Below are positions 1-11,441 of a DNA stretch of 64,000 nucleotides, one piece after another. This DNA is from a virus (taxonomy: Duplodnaviria; Caudoviricetes): IMG/VR virus record IMGVR_UViG_3300033562_000989, positions 14,399-78,398 of that record, one strand, 5' to 3'. The notes under the pieces were generated by a model that saw only the letters and a program-made list of their open reading frames with translations, searched no databases and had not been told where the DNA came from. Positions within the stretch are counted from its first letter, which is position 1, and every line of letters begins with the position of its first letter. The translations under genes were made by a program, and so were the position numbers.

Positions 1-1
1 T

Positions 2-1918
2 GTACCATTTATTAAAAACTATTTTGGTAATAGAATTCTTTATTCAGATATAGCTACAACAGATGCTTTTAAAAATGGATATAGGGTATTTAATGCTGGT
101 CATTATAGAGATTATACTAAAACTTATGGAAGTATAGTCGATATGAAAGAGTGGTATGGTAATTTATTTGTTACTATGGAGCATGGATGTTTACTTATTC
201 CAGTAAATGAAAGAGCTATAGCAGGAGAAGGACAAGGTGGTAATGTTTACATTAATACTTCAAATGTCCTTCCAGAAAATCCTAAAGTTATTTCTGATTT
301 ATTTGGTAGTACTTGACAAGAATCTGTAGTTAAAACTAAAAGTGGTGTATATGGGATAGATACAGTAGCTAAAAAGATTTGGAAAGCTGCCCCAAATGAA
401 GGAGGAAGTATGTCTTTGGAATGTATATCTGATTTAAAAGTACAAAGATTCCTTAATGAGAATATAGACTTAAAAGAATCTGATAAACTTCCAACTATTG
501 GAGTACGTAATGTAAAATCTCACTATAATAAAAATAAAGGAGATATTATGTTTACTTTTTATAGTGAAACAAAAGAATGGAATTTATGTTATAATGAAAA
601 CTTACAAAAGTTTATTACATATTATTCATGGACTCCTTCACATTCTGCTAATATAAATAATGTGTTCTTTTCATTTAATAAAGAAGTTAGTAAAAATATT
701 TATAATCATAGAAATTACTTTAATAAAACACATATATTAACTGCTTTAAATTCTGGAGGATCTTTAAGAGTAGATGATTATGAGTGAATTTTAACTGGTA
801 TTCAAACTGGAGAAGCAACAATTAGAATAAATAATGTAATTACTGAAAATGGATATTGAACAGTAAGCTTTGAATTAGCATCTTCTCAAAATGTAACTGG
901 TAGTATTAATATAGACGTTTGTGATAATCCTGGTGGTAATGTTACTATGACATCAGATAATCAATGAACCAGAGTTTTTGCGACTGCGAATATATCTAAT
1001 TATAATTCAACTCATCATTTTGTAGATTTAAATCTTCAAGATTTTTTATACTATAAAATTAAAAATATAAAAGTTGAAAAAGGCAGTATAGCTACAAATT
1101 ATTTAGGTGGATATGCAGCAAAACTTTGAAAACATGGACAATCAGGAATATATAATAATCAAGGAAAAATCCTCCCAACTAATTGGTATGGGGAACAACA
1201 TCCTTTTTCCTTTGAATTTGTAGTTACAGAGAATCCATCAGTACAGAAAATTTATAATAATTTAAAACTAATTTCTAATAAAGCTGAACCAAGTTCATTT
1301 GAATTTGAGGTTGTTGGACAAGGATATGAGTGGTTTGATTATAAAGATATAATTGTTTGGATTAGTAATAGAGTTACTTCTTTACATACAGGAAATTTTG
1401 CTAATATAGATTCAGCTTATACTTATATGTTAAGTCATACTCAAGATGAAATTTTAGCATTAGACCCATTATTTCCAACTTTATTTAATAAGCCTGGGGA
1501 TTATATAATACCAAAACTTCCTTATATTCCTAGAACTAGGTATATAAATCCTGTAGATGTAACATATTCAATTGGAAAAGATAATTATGAATTAAATACT
1601 TCTAATACAAGTTTAGTAACAGATAATCTTTTAAGTGAAGATAAAGTACATACTGAACAATTAGGAAATGATTTAAGAAAGTATGGAAGGACTAGAGGTA
1701 ATATGCAATATTTAGAAGATTGTTGAGATATAGAAATTAAACCTATTAATTTTAAATATGCTTACATTAGAAGTTCTGATAATTCATTGCAACTTACAGA
1801 CAATGGAAAAGAAGCAAGAATAAGAGATAAATATGTAAAAATAAAGGTTAAATATTCTGGAAAAGATTTAGCTATTATACAAGGAATAAAAACAACATTT
1901 ACACAAAGTTATAGTTAA
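2..1918 (+). CDS. Muzzle / tail stabilisation protein (crAss-like), 5'-partial, TGA=Trp
   Basis: Frame 2 is open from the window start to TAA 1916-1918 if TGA is read as Trp. It contains crAss-type motifs GSTWQESVVKT..GVYGIDTVAKKIW (TGA 314), LWKHGQSG (TGA 1127), PTNWYGEQHPFSFEFVV and C-terminal IRDKYVKIKVKYSG. Confidence 0.75.
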
Positions 1919-1921
1919 TAT

Positions 1922-3241
1922 ATGGCAGTAAAATTAATAAAAAAACATCAAGATGGAACTAGTGGGATACGGCCACTAGTTTCATCTTGAGAACAGTCTT
2001 TAGAATGATTACAACAAACTAATAACCAATTAGGATCTAGTAATTCAGGTAAATATGATCCTAAAACATTTAATAATAATTTTTTAAAAGCTATAGCACA
2101 ACCATCCATCTCAATTAGCGCAGTTCCTGGACAACCAACTATATTAAAACAATCAACACCTAGTGGACAGATGTCAGGAATAAATATAAAGCCAATTGGA
2201 CAAGCTTTAGCAGAAGATGCTGCAAGAATTAAGAAATTAAAAGATGCAACAGAAGCAGCAAATAAAGCTGCTAATGCTGCTAAATTTGCTAATGGAATAA
2301 ATATAGCTAGCTCTTTAACAGATCCAGCATTAGCTCTTGGAGAAGGTATTGCTACAAGTATGGGGGCTAAATTTGCAGAAAAGGATGCAGTAAGTGGGGC
2401 AATAGATGCAATAGACAGTGTTGGTAGTAGTATAGGTAGTATGTTTGGCCCTGCTGGAACAGCTATTGTTAAGGGAGTTGGTATGGGATTAAAAGTCTTA
2501 GATTTTGCAGATAGAGCAGCAGGTAAAGAAGTTAAAAGTTTTTCAGGAAATACTGGTAGTTTAGCTTATACAGATTTTTCTACACAAGGAAAACAATATA
2601 GATGAACACAAAGGAAGAAGGCTGGGAGAGCAGAAGCAGAGAAAAAAGTACAACAAGGTTTCTATGGAAATGCTATGCAAGTTAAAAAACAACAAGATCA
2701 ATTAAAAGCTGGAGCAGTTGATTTAGCTCAACAAAATCAAATTAGTAATATAAATACTTTGGGAGGAATAGATAATCATAAAAGCCTCCTTGCTAAAAAA
2801 GGAACTAAATTAACTTTAAAAAATATCAAAGCAAAAGCTAATTATAACCACAAAAGAAAACATGTTCCTTTAGATGGTAATACTGGAGAAATTATAAGTG
2901 GTGATGTTACATCTTTTGCTGATGGTGGTAAATTTAATTTAATACCAGAAGGTGAACTACACGCTAGGTTAAATCATTATGACAAATCAATAGCTAAATA
3001 TGTTACAGGTAAAGGAATTGCTGTTGTTACAGAAGAAGCTGGAGGAACTCTAACTCAACATGCAGAAATTGAAAGGAATGAAATAACATTTCATTTAGAA
3101 GTTAGTAAAGAATTAGAAGCATTACATAAAAGATATAATGATGGAGATAAAGATGCAGCATTAGAAGCAGGTAAACTTTTAGTTTTTGAGATTTTAGAGA
3201 ATACAGTTGATAATACAGGTTTAATAGAAACAGTAGCTTAA
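1922..3241 (+). CDS. Putative virion cargo protein, 439 aa, TGA=Trp
   Basis: ATG 1922 to TAA 3241 with only TGA interruptions; joins track ORFs 2171 and 2675. Ala/Gly-rich middle; C-terminal FADGGKFNLIPEGELHARLN...HAEIERNEITF. Confidence 0.7.
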
Positions 3242-3332
3242 AACAATTTGTAAAATAAATCATTTAAATACATCATAGTAAAGTTATTTTAATTTTTTTC
3301 TATTTCATAGTTATTAATTAAAATAATTTTAT

Positions 3333-3340
3333 TATCTTTG
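3333..3340 (+). promoter_or_regulatory. Bacteroidota-type -7 promoter element (TAnnTTTG)
   Basis: TATCTTTG 15 nt upstream of ATG 3356; no clear -33 TTTG. Confidence 0.5.
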
Positions 3341-3355
3341 TACAAAATAAGTATA

Positions 3356-3931
3356 ATGAAAGAATTAAATATAAAGATTGCTGATAAAGAATATAAAGTC
3401 CAAGTAGCTGAAACAGACACAGAACATGAGAATGGGTTGATGAATACTGAATCACTTAAAGATGATGAAGGGATGTTATTTGTTTATAATGAAATACAAT
3501 CTGAAATTTCATTTTGAATGAAAGATACCTTAATCCCATTAGACATCATTTTTATAAATGAAGATATGGAGGTTATATCAGTTAAACAAGGGCAACTACA
3601 GGATGAAACACCAATTACAGAAATTGATGTTGCATTTGTTTTAGAAGTTAATATAAATTCTGGGATTAAACCTGGAGATGAATTAGAGTTCTCAACTAAT
3701 CATACAGTTAAGAATAAAATGAAGATATTAGGTAGTGATGGTGGGACACAAATGGAATTAGAAGGAGGAGAGAGAATTTTTTCAAGACCTAATAGTAAAA
3801 TACTAATTAAGTTTGCTAAAAAAGCAGCAGCTACAGATAAAGATAATGACTACGTTAATTTAGGAAAAAGAGTATTTAAATTTCTTGATATTCAAGAAAG
3901 TAATGAGCCTGAGTACGTGACTAAGAAATAG
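3356..3931 (+). CDS. DUF192-family protein with C-terminal extension, 191 aa, TGA=Trp
   Basis: MKELNIKIADKEYKVQVAET...GLMN...EGMLFVY...SF[TGA]MKDTLIPLDIIFI. The TGA at 3515 falls on the conserved Trp of FWMKxTxIPLDIIF. Ends at TAG. Confidence 0.85.
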
Positions 3932-4009
3932 AATTAAGTATTGGAGTAAAAGAAGTAATTAATCTTAATGGAATTATCGCTATTTCCCTCCAATATTTTT
4001 CACAAATAG

Positions 4010-4153
4010 CGATATAAAAAATTAGCGAAAAAATGTATTCAAAATAATTGTAATTTATTTGAAATAAAATATGATTATAATGAAAATGATTATGAAGAAT
4101 TAGTAAACAATATAAAATTAATAATTAAAAGTAAATCAAATGAAATTCATTAA
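4010..4153 (+). pseudogene. Possible remnant of a PD-(D/E)xK/DUF559-like endonuclease C-terminus
   Basis: Start-less frame after TAG 4007 reads RYKKLAKKCIQNNCNLFEIKYDYNENDYEELVNNIKLII, resembling the 'K..C..NN..L.EI.Y' ending of such nucleases (recalled, not searched). Confidence 0.3.
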
Positions 4154-4391
4154 AAAATTCCAAGAAGGAGGCGCAATGCCTGTAGAAGCACCACAAGAAG
4201 GGCAACCATCACCAGAAGATCAAATCGTACAAGTAGCTCAACAATTACTTTCACAAATTGGCCCAGAAGGATGTATGATGCTAATTCAAATTCTTGGCCA
4301 AATGTTGCAAGGCGCAGCACAACAAGAACAACCACAAGCTCCAGTAATGCAAAGAAAAGGTGGTAGATTAGTTTTAGTTGGTCGCAAATAA
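4140..4391 (+). CDS. Small Gln/Pro-rich virion-region protein, 83 aa
   Basis: Intact ORF starting MKFIKKFQEGG, followed by a terminator. Confidence 0.75.
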   Translation: MKFIKKFQEGGAMPVEAPQEGQPSPEDQIVQVAQQLLSQIGPEGCMMLIQILGQMLQGAAQQEQPQAPVMQRKGGRLVLVGRK

Positions 4392-4398
4392 AACAACC

Positions 4399-4435
4399 TT
4401 AAAGGGGAAGCGGAGGATTCTGTCTTCCCCTTTAA
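4399..4435 (+). terminator. Intrinsic terminator hairpin
   Basis: 12-bp stem ttaaaggggaag / cttcccctttaa directly after stop 4391, followed by T-rich sequence. Confidence 0.75.
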
Positions 4436-4473
4436 TGTTTATATTACTATATAAATTATAAAATAATAAAAAT

Positions 4474-7400
4474 ATGGCGCAAATAAAAAAATTGCAAAAT
4501 GCAGGAACAATTCCCACTCCTAGTGCCCCTAAAGTAGATAGGAGTGAAATAAAAAAAGGAATGTGAGATAAGTTTTATAGTATGTCTGTTAAAGATCAAA
4601 AAAGAGCCTATGATGAATATAAACAAGTAGAAAGTCTTATAGATACAGATGCTTTTGGTTTTAAACCTAATAGGGAATTTTATGTAGATAAAACTAAACT
4701 ACCAGAAAATCTTAAAAATTTAGATTGAAGTGGTCATCAAGGACTTTCATTAGATAAAGGATTCTTAGGAGCACAAGGTTATGTACACGGTAAAATCTTT
4801 GATAGTAAAGAGGATAGAAATGCAGAAAGAAGTAATCGTGGGTTATCTTCTGCTATGGCTGATGTACGAGACCTAATGGAAACTAAAAATGCTTCTTCAC
4901 CTTTAACTTCAGAATCTATAGGATCTAAAAGAGTAATACCATCTCTATCATTCATAGTTGGACAAGATTATAGTGGAAATCTAGATTTAGCATCTAAAAA
5001 AATCCTTGAAAAGACAGAAGAACAAAAAGGAATTTATTTAGCAGATAAATTAGGTAATTTATTAAATTACTATATAGATTCTTATAATAGTAATCAAGCT
5101 TCTGGTGGAAAAGATATTTATGATCCAGAAGATTTAAAAAAAATAAATGAATTAAAAACTATTTACACATCTTTAAAATCAGGTAATGTGACTGATTTTA
5201 AGCAATATAGTGCAATTTTTGATAAATTAGGAATAGATACTAGTGATTATTTTAAAACTCCGGAAACCTTAAAAGCTGCAGAAACTGCTAAAACTGCTGC
5301 AGAAGCATCTGACATTTTAGAGAATAATATTAAAAATTTAGCAAGCATATATGGAGAAGAAGCTGCTAGGAATTTAGCATCTAAAGGATATGAATATATG
5401 CCAGGACATAAATTTAATATTAAAGAAGCAGATGACTTAGTAAGTAAAAATAGAGGCATAGTATTAAAAAGAATTGACCCACTTACTAAAAATCCTATTT
5501 TTGAAGTTTATGATGAAAAACTAAACCCCATAAAAGGATTAAAAGTGGGAAATCAGTTTTCTGAAAATTATTTAACTTCTTGATTTAATGACCCTACAAA
5601 AGGATTCATTTATCAGCATGGAAATATGCCGGATAATGCTTCTTTTATGGAATTATTAAATGAATATAAAATTAAAAATCCAAATATTGAAAGTAATATA
5701 GGAAAACAATTAATTACTAACTTACAACCTGGACTTAAAGTACAAGGATGATCTAATGAAGAAAATGGTAAATATAGTGCAATAAATGACCCTATTTATG
5801 GTAAAAGACGTGATTACACAGCTCATATTGTAGTTACAAATGAAAAAGGGACTAAAAGAGAATATAAAAAAGATCCTAATAAACCTGGATATTACATAGA
5901 CTCTATGGATCATTATTCTAAAAAATTACCTTTTATAATCACTGGGTTTGGAGATGATACAATAAATATACAATCTTTAAACATTCCAGAAAAATTTAAA
6001 AATGTTAGAGAGAATGCTTTATTTGGAGATAATTATGATGACAAAATTCTATCTGGTGAGACTAAGAAAGAACTTGATAACTTAGAAGATTGAGTTGTAA
6101 ATAATCAAGGAGCTTATGCCACAGATATTACTAGTGATACTTATGATAATGTAAATAAAATCATAAGAAGCTGAGTAAATGTGTATAATAGATCTATTCA
6201 AGCAGGAAATCAAGAAAAAAAATTAGAAGCTTTACAAAGACTTAATGAATTAAGTGGGATTATAGATGCTTATAATTCAAAACAGGCTACTGCTAAAAAA
6301 ATTCTATTTAATAAATCAGGGGGAAGTTTAATTAAATTAGAAAATGGAGGGGATTTTTCAAAATTTGCAAAATATAGAAATAGAATAAGCAGCTCCTCAC
6401 AAAGGGAATCCTCACAAACAGATATCTCTGGGTTATTAAGAGGCTCTAGCAATTTAGATAAAGTTATTTTAGGTGCTAATGCTACTTCCTTACTTCCTGG
6501 AATTCCAGGTGTAATTGGAGGTACAATTGCTACAGGAGCAGAACTTATTAGAGATATGGAAGATCCTACTAAATCTGGATGAGAAGTTGGAGGAAATGCT
6601 CTTTTAAATATTGGATTTACAGCTGCTTCCGCTTTTGGTGGAGGATTCTTAAAAGGAGCCCTAAAAGGATTGCAAACTGGAGAAGCACTAGCAAAAACAA
6701 CTTTAAAAGCAGAAAAAATAGCTGAAGCTGCTTTAAAAGCAGAAAAAGTTACTGAAGGAGCAGTAGATGCTAGTAAAGTAGCTAAAAATGTATTTAAAAC
6801 TACTTCTGCTGAGAAAGAAATGAAAGTATCTTTAGATGCTATTAATAAATTTGCTGCTGAAAAAGGATTAAATAATGCTTCTATAAAAGAAATAGCTAAA
6901 GCAGCTGAAAGTTTAGGAGAAGGTGGTAAAGATATAGCTAAACATCTTGCTACAGTTAAAAGTTTTTCTGAAACTTATGCTAAAAACTCATCTTTAATAA
7001 ATATAGCAGTTCCAACCTGAAAAAAAGTTGGAGAAACTGTTGGAAATATAGGGCAATTAGCTGGGGTTGTTAGAGGAGTTATGGCAGTTCCTGGTGCTAT
7101 AAATGCAGGTAAAACTATTATGACAGATCCATCAGAGATGACTATTTCGGATATAAATGATGTTTTAAGTGTAGCATTTGCAGGTAAAATTGGGACTAGA
7201 CATGCAGGTAAATTTATAGGAAAGAAATATGGAACAGTAGTAGCAAGTGAAGAACCTGCTAAAATAACTGCTACAATTAAAGGTAAAGAGGTAGATATAG
7301 AGGATGCTGATATAATAGGTAAGATAGGAAAAGACCCTATAAAAGATAAGGTTAAATTTTGAAGTACCTCTAATAAACAAGCTAAAGAAGCTATTGTAGC

Positions 7401-9543
7401 TAAATTAAATGCAGGAAAGCCTACAACAGAGCATATAACTCTAAAGGATATTAGTAAAGTAGAAACTACAAAAGCTAAAGTGACAGGACTTAATGCTAGA
7501 GAGAAAATAGATATAGATAAAAACCATTTCTTACAAAAATTAGCTATAAATAAAAAATTGGCTACTAGATACGGATTAGTTTCTGCTCCTATGGAAAAAT
7601 CCTCTAATCAAAACACATCTTCTATACCTTCTACAAAGACTGAAAATTCCAAAGAAGTAGTAAAAAGATTTCGTTCAAAAGAAGCATTAAGACAAAGAAA
7701 AAATAGTATTGATTATAAGAATTTAGCTAAAGTTAATGTAAAAACTAAGCCTGTAAAGAAATTTACTGAAGAAAGACATCAAAAAGCACTACAAAAATTA
7801 TCTCAACGACTAAGTAATAAATTAATAAGTCAAGGGGCTTTAGATCCTACTCAACAAAATAAAAATGAGCTGCCTAAATTAAATCCTCTAAAAAAATCTT
7901 CTAAACGAGAATTGTTAGCTTTAACTTGGAGGCCTATAGCTCCAAAAGGTGCTAAAAGTTCAATGACTAAACTTAAAAATTCATTAGATAAAATTACAGA
8001 ACAAGACAAAAGGAATATAATTTATAGTAAAATAGCTAAATTAGAGAATACATACCGATTTAAACAAGGAGGAATAGTTAAATATGAAAATCCAACTACC
8101 CCTCTTAACTATAAGAATGATTATTCTAATATTTTAGATGATAAAACAAATACTTATCAAAATATAATTAGTCATAAAAAAGCAAATACTTATTCAGTTC
8201 CAAAACAACATAGAACTAGTGCTAATTTTTATGGTGGAGTTACTCCAGAATTAATACAAAAAAATTGAGATCCTAATATTTTAAATAATGCTTTTAAAGG
8301 GACTGCTGGATATAAACTTGAAGATACTAAAACTTGAGGTAATAACATTTCAGAAACATTACAAAAATATGTTCAAGGAAATCCAGAACTTTATAATCAA
8401 ATAAAAAATAAAAATAGTCTACAATTTGGACATGATTGGTACTCTGTAGGAATAAATCCGGTTGCTAAAACTAAAGTGGATACTCCTATAATTACACCTA
8501 ATACTGTAGTAAAAGATCCAGAACCAAAACTAGAAACAGGTACAACTAATAGACCTCCTGCTAAAAAACCTTGAGATTGAGGTAAAATAGATGTAAATGA
8601 TTTAGGGAATACTGCTATGTATTTAAACACTCGTATGACTAATAAGAATGTAGCACAAGCACAAATGACTACCCCTGCTTTAAGAAGTCTCCTTCCTAAT
8701 CAAAATATCGTAAATTATAATCCTTATGATAGAAAGGAAACATCTGTAAAAGCAGAAGCTAATACTTTAGGGAATAGAACGGCTGGAAAGTTTTCAGATA
8801 GTAATAAGCAATTATTATTTAACTTAGCCCTTTTTGAAAAAGGAGAGGCTGCTGCAGCAGGTTATAGAGAGAAAGGTACAGAACTTTATAATAAAGGGAT
8901 TCAAGCACAAAATACTTCTAATTATAATACACAAGTTAAAAACATTGGAATTGCTGATTATAACATTGCAGCAATAAAACAAACTAATGATGCAAATGGT
9001 AAAGTAACTGCCGCTATGTTAGCTGGGAATGGAAATGCTTTTAATAATCTTACTAAAGGATTCTTATTAAATAAACAAGTAAGAGATAACAAAAAAGATT
9101 ACACAGCTTTATATGATTTACAAACTGGAGATGAGTACAAAGGATTAAAAACCGCAGCTTCTTTATGAGATCAAACAGCAGAAAATAAAATTCTAGAAGC
9201 TTATAAAACAGAAAAAACTAATATTGGTACTACTCCAGAACTTGAAGATTGGGGAAAGTATAAAGTATTTAAAGCAGGAAAAGAATCTTATCAAAAAAGT
9301 TTAGAAGATTACTACGAAAAAATGAATAACTTAAAACTTAAATATCAATATGGTTTACAAAAGCCTGGGGGTATGTTCTCAGCTAAATCTGGAGGTAAAT
9401 TATCTAAACAAGATAAAATTGATATAGAAAATGTCAAAGCTAATCGTAAACAAGAGCAAGACAGTATTAAAGAATTTTATAAGGCTATTAGTGAAAATAA
9501 TAAACTAGTACAAAAATCTATAAGTGAACTGTTTAAAAAATAA
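4474..9543 (+). CDS. Large virion cargo protein, 1689 aa, TGA=Trp
   Basis: Frame 1 from ATG 4474 to TAA 9543; every gap between the eight track ORFs was read and contains only TGA stops. Repeated xxGG motifs; no Cys. Confidence 0.8.
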
Positions 9544-9551
9544 AATTAATA

Positions 9552-11432
9552 ATGAAATATATAGGAAAATTTGGGGGTGGAGGATTTATTTCTTTCACTC
9601 CTTTTATAGGACAATCTCCACAACCAACAGAAACTTCTACAGAAAGCTCAAAAGAAAAACCTGATGAAGACTCTGGAGTAATGAATGAAAAAATATATAA
9701 AGAACTTATAGGTAAAGGCTTAGTAAGTGATGTGAATGATTTTGCAGCTAAAATGAATGCTTTACAGAATGATTACTTCGGAGCATCAAATTTATTTGGA
9801 TCTAAACCAATGACTAATTATTTATCTCAAATAGCTAAAGTTAATGAACTATATCAAAACAAGCAAGCTTGAGATAATGCAGTCTCTACTTCTGAAAAAA
9901 CAGGAGGTTATGGAGAAGTAGCTATAGGAACTTCTAATGAAGTGTATACTAGAGGAGGAGATGGAAGAATTAAAGCTATTAGCTTAGAAGAATTTAAAGA
10001 AAAGAGAGATAAAACTAAGCTTTTAACAGTATCGGAATTATTAAATGCTAGAAATTTTGAAGGTCAATTAGCTAATCAAAATGGAATATTTAATGTTGCT
10101 AATAATTCTGTAGGTCTTTCTCAAATTAATAAAAAGATTTTAGACATAGTTAATGGGTTAGGTAAAGAATCTAATAATATAGAAAGACATTATGATAAAA
10201 CACAAGCTATGGGAGAAATGGCTAGGCTGATGGGTATTAAAAAACCTACAACAGAAGAAGCAACTGCTCTAAAAACTTTACAAGAAATAGTAAATACTCC
10301 CGGTGAATCTATACAAGTAGTAAATAAAAATACTACACAAAAAAGACATTTAGATACTGCTTTAAAATATATTTGAACTACTTTAGGAAAAAATGAGCAG
10401 CAAAAATTATTTGTATCAAGTGTAATGAACGGGAATGATAATCCACTTGAATTAATAAGTAAATTTTTAGATAGCCAGACTGATGCTGAAATGACTTCTG
10501 AAATATCTGGGAAAGAATTAAAAAACCCCGATGGAAGTACTTCATCGACTTCTGATTCTAAAAATATGAAATCTTTAACTTCATTTCAAATGTTTCATAA
10601 AGATAAATTAACTACATATACAAATGATTTTGCTTTAAATGATCCTAAAACTAATATGCTATTTAAAGGTGTAGTTGGTGGTATTTCTCCTATTTTAACT
10701 CCGGATGGTGAATCTGTAGGAATGACAACTGTTAAAAATATACTTGAAAAAGGGAATTATAATCAATTTTTAAAAAGTAATGCAGTTTATTTTGGAAATC
10801 AAAAAGTAGAACCTGGAAATATGAATAATTTAATTTATAATGGAGAAGATGCTGCTAAAGTTTATATGCCTGTTGGAATAGGAGGTAGTCCAGACTTTGA
10901 AGCTTTGCTAAAATTTAAAGACATTTATGCTGTATATGAAGCTAATAAAAATTCATGAACTACATCACAAGCTAAAGAACACTTTAAAAAATATAAATAT
11001 AATTTAGATTTTGATGAAAGATATGAAAATGGTAAAAAAATCAAAGTAATTAGAGATAATACTTACGTAAAACCATTTTTAGTAATGTATGGATATACAA
11101 ATGATGCTACAGGATTAACTAAAAATAATTCTTGAATTACAGAATTTAATAGTACAGATGAATCTTTAATACCTCAATTGGAAAGTGTATGAACAATAGG
11201 AGAAGGTAAAAAAGCAGTTAATTTAACTCCTAAAAACCGCATTTTTAGTGAAGATTACTATAAAGGTATAATTACAATACCATATAAAGAAAATGCTGCT
11301 GCTATTATAGATAGTATGGTTGGACAAGGTCCTAAAGATAGAGTATCAACTTTATTAGATGTTCAAAGAAATTTAAATTTTTCTTCAAATCAACCATTAA
11401 ACACTAATAATGGTTCTTTATCATTAAAATAA
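9552..11432 (+). CDS. Virion/cargo protein, 626 aa, TGA=Trp
   Basis: Frame 3 from ATG 9552 to TAA 11430-11432 with only TGA interruptions; starts MKYIGKFGGGG. Confidence 0.75.
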
Positions 11433-11441
11433 TAATAAAAC

